Assembly: GCA_038891615.1 (NCBI GenBank)
Contig: JAWADY010000002.1
Span: 96,001-160,000 of the forward strand
Direction: 5' to 3'
Source: Candidatus Woesearchaeota archaeon
Lineage (GTDB): Archaea > Nanobdellota > Nanobdellia > Woesearchaeales > ARS49
Length of the DNA stretch: 64,000 nt
Positions 1 to 9,475 of this stretch are shown piece after piece. Under the pieces are notes generated by a model. The model was not told the origin of the DNA and made no database searches. It saw nothing but the letters and a program-made list of their open reading frames with translations. Numbering within the stretch: the first letter of the stretch is position 1; every line of letters starts with the position of its first letter. The position numbers and the translations under genes were made by a program.

Positions 1-2
1 GG

Positions 3-1391
3 CGGAAAGAGATTTTTAAGTCAATAAAACCAGGCAAGGTAGGCTTCTACACCTGTGGTCCAACGGTTTATGATTATCCTCATATTGGAAACTATCGCGC
101 CTTCATATTTGCAGATATCTTAAAGCGCTATCTGACCTACAAGGGATATGCAGTAAAGCATGTCATGAACATCACTGATGTTGATGACAAAACCATAAGT
201 CGTTCAAGGCAGGAAGGTGTAACACTAAAGCAACTGACAACCAAATACGCCAATGCCTTCTTTGAAGAACTTGCACTACTCAACATAAAGCCAGCAACTG
301 TTTATCCACGTGCAACAGAGCACATTCCCGAAATGGTTGCAATGATAAAAGCTCTTATGGCAGCCGGACTTGCGTACACCGCATCTGATAACTGCATTTA
401 TTATTCGATATCAAAATTCAAGGACTACGGGAAGCTTGCTGGAATTCGAATGGAAAAACTCCGGCCCGGAGCTTCTGGCAGAGTGGTGAGGGATGAGTAT
501 GAAAAGGAGCGCGTGGAGGATTTTGCGCTTTGGAAGGCATGGCGTCCTGAGGATGGTGATGTTTTCTGGGAAACTGAATTAGGAAAAGGAAGGCCTGGTT
601 GGCATATCGAATGTTCGGCCATGTCAACAAAATACCTGGGTTGCCCATTTGACATACACTCTGGAGGCGTGGATCTCATCTTTCCACATCATCAGAATGA
701 GATAGCACAAAGTGAAGGGGCTGGATGTAAAAAGTTTGTAAACTATTGGCTGCACAACGAATGGTTGCTTGTTGAAGGGAAAAAGATGTCAAAAAGTCTT
801 GGCAATTTCTACACCCTCAGAGATTTGCTTGCAAAGGGTTATGACCCAAAGGCAATAAGATATATCCTTCTTGCCACACATTACAGACAAAAGTTAAATT
901 TCACTTTCAAAGGCCTTGAGGCTGCTGAGAGGTCTCTTCAAAGGATATGGGATTTCGTGGCAAGGCTTGACAGCCAGCCTCTTTCTGTGAAGAAACCAGC
1001 AGCCATAGATGGCATTATTTCCAGGACAAAGGCAGCCTTTGAGGCAGCGATGGATGATGACCTCGATATATCAAAAGCACTGGCAGCAATCTATGCTCTT
1101 ATAACAAAGACAAACAAGCTCATCGATGACCAGAGGCTTGCAAGAGAGGACTGCCAAAAAATAAAAAAATTTTTGATAACAATTGACAGCATTCTTGGGA
1201 TTCTTATACCGCCGCCACAGGACGAGCTTGCGCCAGAACTTAAAGCTCTCATTGAAAAGCGTGAGGCAGCAAGGGCGGCTGGAGACTGGGCAAAGGCTGA
1301 TGCGATACGCCAGGAGCTAGCTCAAAAAGGAATTCTTCTAGAAGACACTCCACAAGGAGTGCGCTGGAAAAAGGTCAAAGCACTATCCTGA
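3..1391 (+). CDS. cysS: Cysteinyl-tRNA synthetase (5' end runs off the window)
   Basis: Frame is open from base 3 (…FYTCGPTVYDYPHIGN, HIGH-like motif). Also has GRPGWHIECSAM, DIHSGGVDLIFPHH and KMSKS. The ORF-track start at 165 is internal. Confidence 0.97.
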   Translation, partial: RKEIFKSIKPGKVGFYTCGPTVYDYPHIGNYRAFIFADILKRYLTYKGYAVKHVMNITDVDDKTISRSRQEGVTLKQLTTKYANAFFEELALLNIKPATVYPRATEHIPEMVAMIKALMAAGLAYTASDNCIYYSISKFKDYGKLAGIRMEKLRPGASGRVVRDEYEKERVEDFALWKAWRPEDGDVFWETELGKGRPGWHIECSAMSTKYLGCPFDIHSGGVDLIFPHHQNEIAQSEGAGCKKFVNYWLHNEWLLVEGKKMSKSLGNFYTLRDLLAKGYDPKAIRYILLATHYRQKLNFTFKGLEAAERSLQRIWDFVARLDSQPLSVKKPAAIDGIISRTKAAFEAAMDDDLDISKALAAIYALITKTNKLIDDQRLAREDCQKIKKFLITIDSILGILIPPPQDELAPELKALIEKREAARAAGDWAKADAIRQELAQKGILLEDTPQGVRWKKVKALS

Positions 1392-3786
1392 GCTCTTTCC
1401 CAAACCTTATTTCTGTAATGTTGTGCGTCTGCTGGAGCTCTTTTTCAGCAGGAGCGAGGCTTTCCGGAAACACAGCCAATTTTACAGAACTTTTGAGACT
1501 TAAGCCTTTTTCCTTTTTTGCCTTCCATATCGCGCTGTTTACAGAAAGAAGATCTTTGGTCGCTAAAGCAGGTTTTGCAAGAATTTTGGCTTTTGGAAAT
1601 TTTTCTGTATGTATCTCTTTTCCTGTCAGTCTCTCATAGATTGTGCTTGTTATCATTGGAATGACTGGTGCGAGGAGCTTGAGAAGCGTTTCAAGGCAGT
1701 GATTTAGTGTTTGGATTGCTCCTGCCTGCTCAGCAATGCTCCAGCTTTGATTACTATTATATGCACGACCTTTTACAAGCTCAAGGTAATTCGACGCAAA
1801 AGTTTCCCATATGAAATGTCTGATGGCAATTACAGGTTGATGGAAATCGTAGTTTTGATAGCGCTCGTTTGCAAGCTTCACTAGCTCGTTAAGTTCAAAC
1901 AAAATCCATTTATCTAACTCCCGCAACTTTGGTTTTTCTCTTTTGCTCTTAAGCTCTGGAAGCTCAAACATTGAAATAAATCTGGCAATATTCCAAAGTT
2001 TTGTCAGTGTTTTTCCAGCCGCTTCAATACGCTCAAAGTTACACCTGAAATCACCCTTTTCCAAGTTTCCTTCAACAGCAGCCCATAGTCTAAATGGCTC
2101 TGCACCAAAACGGTCAAGTACCTCTTTAGGCTCTATGACATTTCCTGCAGACTTCGACATCTTCTTGCCGGACTCATCAACTACATGATAATTTATCCAG
2201 ACATCTCTGAATATTGGTTTCCCAGTCAAGAGATAGCACTTTAGCAAAGTGTAATAAAGCCATGTGCGTACTATCTCTTTGCCTTGGGGCCTTAGTGAGC
2301 ATGGTGCTGCTTTTTCAAAAAAATCTTGAGCTCTTGACCACTTTAGAATGTACAATGGGCTGTTTGAGCTGTCAAACCATGTATCTAAAACCCTTTCCTC
2401 TCCTTTGAAACTCTTGCCTTTGCACTTTGGGCAAGCGTCGATTGGTGGCCCCTCCTTCCATGGTTGATAATACCTTGGTCTTTTTTCAATCGGTGGAACA
2501 ACTCTGTAACCACAGCCAGTGCATTGCCAAAGTGGAATTTCTGTTGCATAATATCTTCGACGTGATATCGGCCAATCAAGCGATACAGACTTAATCCAAT
2601 CTAAAAGAAGCTGTCTTGACTCTGGAGAAAAAAATCTCAGCGCATGAGCTATCTTTTCCATCCTCGATTTATACTCGACCTGTTTTAGGTAAAACTCTTC
2701 CATTTCTATGAACTCAATAGGATCTTTCGAGCGCTCACAAACAGGGCTCCTGTGAAGGATCTTTCGTTGTTTCACAAGAAGCCCCTCACCTTTCAAACGC
2801 TCAATCATGGCCTTTCTCGCAACATCAACAGGGAGCCCAGCCAAAAACTGAGCGTGCTCATTCATCGTGCCATCCTTGTTTATTGCAATGACTGGCTTCA
2901 ATCCCATCTCTCTAAAGAACCTGATGTCACTCAAATCTCCTGCTGAGCACATCATGACAAGGCCAGTCCCTTTTGTTGGGTCGGCAAGTGGATGAGCCTT
3001 TATCGGAACCTCTTTATTAAAAATTGGAGTTATTGCTGTCTTGCCCTCAAGGTGGCTGTACCTCTTGTCTTCAGGATTATATATGACCATCGCACAAGTG
3101 CATATTAATTCTGGCCTGGTTGTTCCAACAATAATTTTTTCTCCACTCTCCTTTACTGTAAAAACTATGTCGTTAAAATCAGTTTCTTTGAGCTCGTACT
3201 CTATTTCAGCATCTGCAAGAGTTGTTTGACAACCAGGACACCAGTTGCTTATCCTTTTGTCCTCATAAATAAGCCCTTTGTTCCACAGCCTAATGAATGT
3301 CTCCTGTGTCAAAGCCCTATAGTCTGGACTGTCGGTTGAATATGCATCACCAATCTTGTCGCCTTCATTCCAGGAATTAAAGCTTATACCGCATCTCAAA
3401 AAATAGTTGATGGATGCCGTTGATGCCTTTTCAAGAATTTTTTTGCAAAGCTCGAGTGCTTTTCCCCTTGGAATTGAGTTGAGTTTCACCTTGAATTCCT
3501 TTTCAGCAGCCATTTCAATAGGCAAACCATTCTTGTCAAGGCCAAGCGGGAAAAGTACGGCATCCCCTACCATTCTATGGTAGCGTGCGAACATATCCAT
3601 CAAGACATAAGTAGTTAGTTGGCCGATATGAATAGGGGTATTAACATATGGAGGTGGAGTGTCTATGCTGAAAACCTTTTGTCCCCTTTTTTTCTTGAAA
3701 GCATAAATTCCAGAATCCTTCCACTTATTGTACCTATCAGCTTCAAGTGCCTTGCTCCAAGCTGTTTCTTTTAGCTTAGTCGCCAT
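1375..3786 (-). CDS. valS: Valyl-tRNA synthetase, archaeal type
   Basis: IDTPPPY…HIGQ, GTGLVM editing domain, DWPISRRR, DTWFDS and KMSKS. Short archaeal-type C-terminus. Confidence 0.93.
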   Translation of the reverse strand: MATKLKETAWSKALEADRYNKWKDSGIYAFKKKRGQKVFSIDTPPPYVNTPIHIGQLTTYVLMDMFARYHRMVGDAVLFPLGLDKNGLPIEMAAEKEFKVKLNSIPRGKALELCKKILEKASTASINYFLRCGISFNSWNEGDKIGDAYSTDSPDYRALTQETFIRLWNKGLIYEDKRISNWCPGCQTTLADAEIEYELKETDFNDIVFTVKESGEKIIVGTTRPELICTCAMVIYNPEDKRYSHLEGKTAITPIFNKEVPIKAHPLADPTKGTGLVMMCSAGDLSDIRFFREMGLKPVIAINKDGTMNEHAQFLAGLPVDVARKAMIERLKGEGLLVKQRKILHRSPVCERSKDPIEFIEMEEFYLKQVEYKSRMEKIAHALRFFSPESRQLLLDWIKSVSLDWPISRRRYYATEIPLWQCTGCGYRVVPPIEKRPRYYQPWKEGPPIDACPKCKGKSFKGEERVLDTWFDSSNSPLYILKWSRAQDFFEKAAPCSLRPQGKEIVRTWLYYTLLKCYLLTGKPIFRDVWINYHVVDESGKKMSKSAGNVIEPKEVLDRFGAEPFRLWAAVEGNLEKGDFRCNFERIEAAGKTLTKLWNIARFISMFELPELKSKREKPKLRELDKWILFELNELVKLANERYQNYDFHQPVIAIRHFIWETFASNYLELVKGRAYNSNQSWSIAEQAGAIQTLNHCLETLLKLLAPVIPMITSTIYERLTGKEIHTEKFPKAKILAKPALATKDLLSVNSAIWKAKKEKGLSLKSSVKLAVFPESLAPAEKELQQTHNITEIRFGKELRIVL

Positions 3787-4185
3787 TCAAAACACCAAAG
3801 ACATTCCTTTTATACTCTTTTCAATTTCATAATAGCTAAGGCGCCCAAGCTTTGCACTCCTTGCCCTCTCACAAATGCTGGAAAAGAACCGCGTCATCTT
3901 TTCTTCAAGTTCCTCAATGTCGTTGCTTGTTCGTACGACAACAGTCCCTGCAAGAGGGCCTTCATCTTCCACAAAGCTAATTCCAGAATCAGCCTTTTTA
4001 GCCTTATTTCTTATTTCCGAAATGACCTCTTTTGTTAGGATGGCAGGCTCGATGATTTTACATCTTTTGACAAATGCCTTTTCCTTGCCTGCCGAATTGA
4101 CGATGACCCTGAAACTTACCTCTTCAGTCCTTGGATCAAACTGCTCAACCTCAATTTTTTTGTAGCTTATATCGACGAACTGCAT
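3787..4185 (-). CDS. Hypothetical protein directly upstream of valS
   Basis: 132-aa ORF whose stop abuts the valS start. TATA-like TTATAAA upstream on the minus strand. Confidence 0.75.
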   Translation of the reverse strand: MQFVDISYKKIEVEQFDPRTEEVSFRVIVNSAGKEKAFVKRCKIIEPAILTKEVISEIRNKAKKADSGISFVEDEGPLAGTVVVRTSNDIEELEEKMTRFFSSICERARSAKLGRLSYYEIEKSIKGMSLVF

Positions 4186-4397
4186 GAGATGGCATTTTGG
4201 ATTTTATTTTATAAGTCTTTCGCAAAAGGTTGTCATGAAGCAGGCTCAGCTTTGGACTTCAAAAGCTATTTTTCATTTACTTTAAGCCCCTTTTTGCATT
4301 TTCTCTGACAAAAATATCTGTATGATTGCGCTTAAGTTTTCAAAATTTGAATTCCGCGAGCGTTAGTTTAATAAATTCACAGCCCTAGAATGTGCAA

Positions 4398-5621
4398 ATG
4401 GCATTATTGATTGAGAGATACGCTCCTCAAAGCCTTGCACAGATACCGCAGCCAGGGATTTCAGTTTTGCGCAACTGTGTAAAAAAACAGCTTGAAGGCA
4501 AGCTCAGTGGCAAGGCAGTTTTTATTTACGGGCCAACCGGTTGTGGAAAAACAACTGCTGTCAAATGTCTTGCAAGAGAGCTTGGACTTGAGCTTTTTGA
4601 ACTAAATGCCTCTGATTTCAGGTCTTCAAAAGACCTAGAAGTGACGCTGATGCCAGCAGTTAGTCAATCGAGTCTTTGGGCTGCCAGCCGGTTGATACTT
4701 CTTGATGAGCTTGATGGCCTTGACCCCTCAGAAGATGGAGGCGCGGTTGGCACAATTTTAGCAGCGATAAAGCTTTCAAAACATCCAATTGTGCTTGTTG
4801 CAAACGAGCCGTGGACAGCTCAGCTGGCTCCGCTCCGCGAAAAGGCAATTCTCATCGAGTTTCAAAAAATACCAATTAAAATTATTTTCAACACCCTCAA
4901 GAACATTTGTCAGAAAGAAGGAACGGCTTATGATATGCAGGCACTTGCATTGCTTGCCCAAAAGTCATCGGGGGATCTTAGGTCAGCACTCGTGGATCTT
5001 GAGCTTTTGTTGCCTAGAGGCGTGGCGCTAAAAGATGTTCAAGAGCTTGCATCAAGAGATGCATCCAAACAAATGAGCGAAGCCCTTTTTACAATCTTTA
5101 AGCAGACAGACCCAAATGCGGTTGTTGGTGCTTTTGACAAGACAGGCGAGGAACTAACTACTTCAATGCTTTGGCTGGATGAAAATCTTCCTCGAGAGTA
5201 CCTTAATCCAGCAGACCTTGCGCGGGCTTATGAAGCCCTAAGCAGAGCAGATGTTCATCTTGGAAGGATAAGACGCTCCCAACATTGGAGGCTGCTTAAC
5301 TATGCAGGCATCATGATGACCTCAGGCGTTGCTGTTGCCAAGTCAAGTGTCAATGCTTACGCGAACAGATACACAAAAACAAAAAGGCTTTTCAGGCATT
5401 GGCAACTCAACAGGCAAAATAGTATTGCAAAATCAATAGCCAGCAAGTTTTCTGCTTTAAGCCATCTGTCAACAAGAAGAGCATTTCAGACATTGCCTTT
5501 TTTGAAAAGGCTGCTTTCTAGTGCTTTTGGGGATGCTGTCGCAAAAGATGTTGGTTTAACAGATGAAGAGGTTGGCTGGCTTTTAGGAAAGGCAAAGGCA
5601 AACGGGCTGTACTTACAGTAG
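4398..5621 (+). CDS. rfcL: Replication factor C large subunit
   Basis: ERYAP (RFC box II), GPTGCGKT Walker A, ELNASD, LLDELD, GDLRSA and WLDEN collar motif. Confidence 0.92.
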   Translation: MALLIERYAPQSLAQIPQPGISVLRNCVKKQLEGKLSGKAVFIYGPTGCGKTTAVKCLARELGLELFELNASDFRSSKDLEVTLMPAVSQSSLWAASRLILLDELDGLDPSEDGGAVGTILAAIKLSKHPIVLVANEPWTAQLAPLREKAILIEFQKIPIKIIFNTLKNICQKEGTAYDMQALALLAQKSSGDLRSALVDLELLLPRGVALKDVQELASRDASKQMSEALFTIFKQTDPNAVVGAFDKTGEELTTSMLWLDENLPREYLNPADLARAYEALSRADVHLGRIRRSQHWRLLNYAGIMMTSGVAVAKSSVNAYANRYTKTKRLFRHWQLNRQNSIAKSIASKFSALSHLSTRRAFQTLPFLKRLLSSAFGDAVAKDVGLTDEEVGWLLGKAKANGLYLQ

Positions 5622-5660
5622 CGTTAGTTATTTAAAGCACACCAAGCTTTTGCACATAAA

Positions 5661-7145
5661 ATGAAATACGAGGATGTCATCAATCTTGCACTTAGAAGGG
5701 GAATCTTTTTCCTCTCTTCAGAGATTTATGCAAACGCACCAGCAGGCTTTTATGATTATGGTCCTTATGGTGCTGCAATAAAGCGAAAAATCATTGAGCT
5801 CTGGCGTAAGCAATTCGTTCAGAAAGAAGAGATGCTCGAGATTGATGGTTCTGTGCTAATGCCCGAAGAAGTTTTTATCTCTTCGGGCCATCTAAGAAGT
5901 TTTGCAGACCCTATAACAAAATGCACTAAGTGCAGTTCAACTTTCAGAGCGGATACTCTTTTAGAAGAAGAGGGCAAGCTAAAGCTAAAAGAAGGGGCAA
6001 GCGTTGAAGAGCTGACAGCCGCGCTAAAAAAGCTTGGTCTTCTCTGTAAGAAGTGTAAAGGTCAGTTGTCAGATGTCTTTCGTTCAAGTCTCATGGTCAA
6101 GGCAGAAGTTGGAATAGCAAAAAAGTCTCCACTTTATCTTCGGCCAGAAACATGTCAAAGCATTTTTTGCGACTGGGCCAGGCTGCTAAAAACAATGAGG
6201 ATTTCACTTCCAAAAGGGATTGCACAAACAGGCAGAGCTTTCAGAAACGAGATTTCACCAAGGCAGACTCTTCTTAGACAGGTAGAATTTTCTCAGATGG
6301 AAGCAGAGATTTTCTTTGACCCAGAAAAGATAAACGAATTTGGACGTTTTGAGGAGCTTGAAAACTACGAGTTGCGTCTCTTACGCATTGGCAAGAAGAC
6401 TGTTGAGAATGTCTCTTGTCGAGATGCTGTTAACAAGGGGCTTGTTTCAGGAAAGCTCATAGCATATTTCCTTGCAAGGCTTCAACAGCTGTATACAAGC
6501 TTTGGCTTGCCACTCCATTCAATGCGCTTTCGTGAGATTGACAAAGATGAAAGACCTTTTTATTCTAAAGAGACTTGGGATTTTGAGGTTGAAACTTCTC
6601 TTGGGTGGCTCGAGCTCGTTGCGAACAATTACCGAACGGACTACGACCTCAAAGGTCATGCAGCCGGTTCTGGTAAAGATCTCAGCTTTGTTGACGAGAA
6701 AGGAAGAAAGTTCATTCCGCATATTTGGGAGGTTTCAGCAGGGCTTGACAGAACCTTTTATGCAATACTTGAACACGCGTACAAAAAAGAAGGCGAAAGG
6801 ACACTTCTCACTCTAGCTCCAAAGATTGCTCCGCTTCACGCAGCAGTCTTTCCTCTTCTCTCAAACAAGCCAGAGCTAATAACAAAGGCTCAAACGGTTT
6901 ATAGGAAACTTCTTGAAAGCGGCTTTGAGGTTGTTTACGATGAGACAGGAAGCATAGGCAAAAGGTACGCAAGGATGGATGAAATCGGCTGTCCCGTCTG
7001 CATAACGATTGACTTTGAAAGCCTTACAGCAGAAGATGTGACAATTCGCGATCGCGATACTACAAAGCAAAAACGCATAAAGATTGCCAATCTTCCAAAT
7101 GCGCTCGCGAGCATTACCTCAGGAACACCATTTGAAAAGATTTAA
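5661..7145 (+). CDS. glyS: Glycyl-tRNA synthetase (archaeal/eukaryotic alpha2 type)
   Basis: GFYDYGPYG, SGHL…F.DP, LRPETCQ, FRNEISPR and anticodon domain GSIGKRYARMDEIG. Confidence 0.96.
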   Translation: MKYEDVINLALRRGIFFLSSEIYANAPAGFYDYGPYGAAIKRKIIELWRKQFVQKEEMLEIDGSVLMPEEVFISSGHLRSFADPITKCTKCSSTFRADTLLEEEGKLKLKEGASVEELTAALKKLGLLCKKCKGQLSDVFRSSLMVKAEVGIAKKSPLYLRPETCQSIFCDWARLLKTMRISLPKGIAQTGRAFRNEISPRQTLLRQVEFSQMEAEIFFDPEKINEFGRFEELENYELRLLRIGKKTVENVSCRDAVNKGLVSGKLIAYFLARLQQLYTSFGLPLHSMRFREIDKDERPFYSKETWDFEVETSLGWLELVANNYRTDYDLKGHAAGSGKDLSFVDEKGRKFIPHIWEVSAGLDRTFYAILEHAYKKEGERTLLTLAPKIAPLHAAVFPLLSNKPELITKAQTVYRKLLESGFEVVYDETGSIGKRYARMDEIGCPVCITIDFESLTAEDVTIRDRDTTKQKRIKIANLPNALASITSGTPFEKI

Positions 7146-7183
7146 AAGGTCAGCGCTCTCGACTTTTTTTCGCCGGGGTTAAA

Positions 7184-7257
7184 GGGGCAGTAACTCAGCC
7201 CGGGAGAGTGCACGGCTGAAGACCGTGGTGTCGCCGGTTCAAATCCGGCCTGCCCCA
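7184..7257 (+). tRNA. tRNA-Phe(GAA)
   Basis: Acceptor GGGGCAG/CTGCCCC, anticodon arm CACGG-CTGAAGA-CCGTG, T-loop TTCAAAT. G37 present. No encoded CCA. Confidence 0.97.
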
Positions 7258-9447
7258 TTAGCCAAATCTAAGGGTTGCTGCCATTATTCTTAGGGCAATA
7301 AAGTTGAAAAGCAGAATCACAAATAGTGCAACGATGGTGTAAAGTGCTGTGCTTCTTATAAGATTCCTTCCAAGCACATAACGCTCGCCAAGCTTGTCAG
7401 CGCCGTTTTCTATGCCGTTTGCAAGGATAGTGAGTATTGCAATAATTTCAACAACATAGATGCCAACAACGAGCTGGAAATAATAAGTCGGTATACCATC
7501 GCCAAGCAAGCTTGCAATTGAACTAAGCTTTTCTCCAACATCAGGAGTCTGGAGCTTTGAGAATTGGTGTGACAATGCGCCAATGATTGTTGTTATCATT
7601 GATGTTATCCCAATAACTATCCCTGCGATGGTGGGTGCAAGGAAGTTTATTTGTGATTTCATGTCTGCAATTATGTCAGCCATAAGGTCCTTTAGACGCT
7701 CATTAACCCTGTGTATCTCTTTTATGTACCTAGAGACATTCATGAGTGCTTGAGCAGCTATCTTTGGACCTTTCTTTATGCTTTCAACAAGCACCTTCAT
7801 TGAACTTTCCACTACTGCGCTCGGGAAGTATGTTAGTGCACCAATCCGTGGATGAAATATTGCGTCTCTCAATCCAAGTCCAAGCTTTCTTATGTTCGTG
7901 GAGATGACGGCAAAGAAATTTCCTGAAACAGTTTCTCCCATAACCTCCGCAACGTTACCAACTGCCATTTCGGCAGGAATTCCATCACCAAGTCTATTTC
8001 CAAGTTGGAAAAGGGCAGATGCAAACTCTTCTTCAAGCCTTTTTGTTCGTTCTCTTATTTTTATCACATTGCTGCTTCTCATCCTAAAGTATATGCCAAA
8101 CCCTAACCCAAGCGCAAGTGGGAAAAGAAGAGATATGACAGAAGCACCAAGCCCATAAGGTCCGAGCTTTTTACCTACCAACCTTATCGAATCCCTGTAT
8201 TCGAGAAGGCAGATAAGTCTTTTACATGTTGTTGTTTCTGTTTCAGCACCAAAACCCATATCAAATTCTGGTGAAAAGGCGTGAATAAGTAGCGGTGACA
8301 TTGCGCCGATGAAGAGAACGCCTGCTATAACTACTGCTACAATTGCGGGATTAATTGTAAGTTCTGTTCTTCCAATCTTCAAAATAATGTTTTTGTACCT
8401 TTTCAGCTCTGGATTTATTTCTGAGATGTCGACATCTCCATATCCAGTTGGCCTTGTTGAAAGAATGTTTGTGCCCAGATGATAAACTCCAAGTGGCAGC
8501 AGTATGTTGTACAGAATGGCAACGTGATACCACTTTACTCCTTCGATAAAGCTTACAAGGAGAGGGAGTATAACAAGTCCAAGAACTGGAAGGATTATTC
8601 CTAACATATGAAGGGTTGTTATTGGGCTCTTAAGATTATGGGCATAGTGCAGCATCTTTTCATAAGTCTCCTCAAGAATAACATCGAGGCTTTTGTCAAG
8701 GAGAGCCAGTCTTGCCTCTTCAGTAGGCTCGTAAAGCGAACCTTCAATAAGATGGAATGCTTCTACAAACTCTCTGTTCCAGTTTTTCCAGCCTTCAAGA
8801 TAAACATCAAGGCTTTCCTTTACTGTATCATAAATTCCTGATTCTACATTCCACAAGACTTTCTTAAGGTCTAGAGAAAGAGGAGGCGCAAGGTGTTCTG
8901 AAGCAAATTGCAATGCAAGCTCGAGGTTCGAGGTATGCCGCATGTAGGTAACAACATAGAAAATGCATAGCACCATCTGATTTGATGCACGCATTCTCCA
9001 GGTATTCGCAATTGTATATGGAAGATTTCCGAGAAGTGGAAAAAGCAGTATGCCAACAATAGTGCTCAGCATCGCGAAGAAGAACGAACCAAGAAGTATT
9101 GATATTAAAATTCCAAAAAGCATAACTGCAAGCGGTGCAACCGTTGAAAAGGCAACAGCCTCTTCAGGCCTTATTTCAAGGTGTGCAGTCTCGATAGCCT
9201 CTTTTAGCTTCTCAAGCCTTTCTGTTTTGAGCCTAAGTCTTATCAGCTTTCCAGAGAACCTGCAGAGCTTTTCATAAAATGTCAGAGGTCTGGGAAACAT
9301 TTCCTCCTTAAATTCCCTATACTCTCTTGTGATTATCCTTCTTGGAATTTGAGGAGGGCTCTGACCTAACTCCTGCTCAAGTCTTTCTTTGTATTTTTGA
9401 ACGAGAGACTTAACTTCTTCTTTTGCTCCTGGAGAGAGGTTGTTCAC
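7258..9447 (-). CDS. Type IV pilus/T2SS-F (TadC/FlaJ-like) polytopic platform protein with two F-like halves
   Basis: Several TM segments. Two F-domain-like regions (TSNLELAL…PLSLDLKKV; FASALFQLGNRLGDGIPAE). Directly downstream of a secretion ATPase. GAGGTGG SD before the GTG start. Confidence 0.75.
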   Translation of the reverse strand: MNNLSPGAKEEVKSLVQKYKERLEQELGQSPPQIPRRIITREYREFKEEMFPRPLTFYEKLCRFSGKLIRLRLKTERLEKLKEAIETAHLEIRPEEAVAFSTVAPLAVMLFGILISILLGSFFFAMLSTIVGILLFPLLGNLPYTIANTWRMRASNQMVLCIFYVVTYMRHTSNLELALQFASEHLAPPLSLDLKKVLWNVESGIYDTVKESLDVYLEGWKNWNREFVEAFHLIEGSLYEPTEEARLALLDKSLDVILEETYEKMLHYAHNLKSPITTLHMLGIILPVLGLVILPLLVSFIEGVKWYHVAILYNILLPLGVYHLGTNILSTRPTGYGDVDISEINPELKRYKNIILKIGRTELTINPAIVAVVIAGVLFIGAMSPLLIHAFSPEFDMGFGAETETTTCKRLICLLEYRDSIRLVGKKLGPYGLGASVISLLFPLALGLGFGIYFRMRSSNVIKIRERTKRLEEEFASALFQLGNRLGDGIPAEMAVGNVAEVMGETVSGNFFAVISTNIRKLGLGLRDAIFHPRIGALTYFPSAVVESSMKVLVESIKKGPKIAAQALMNVSRYIKEIHRVNERLKDLMADIIADMKSQINFLAPTIAGIVIGITSMITTIIGALSHQFSKLQTPDVGEKLSSIASLLGDGIPTYYFQLVVGIYVVEIIAILTILANGIENGADKLGERYVLGRNLIRSTALYTIVALFVILLFNFIALRIMAATLRFG

Positions 9448-9475
9448 TAGTCCACCTCTTTTTGCAATTTAGCCC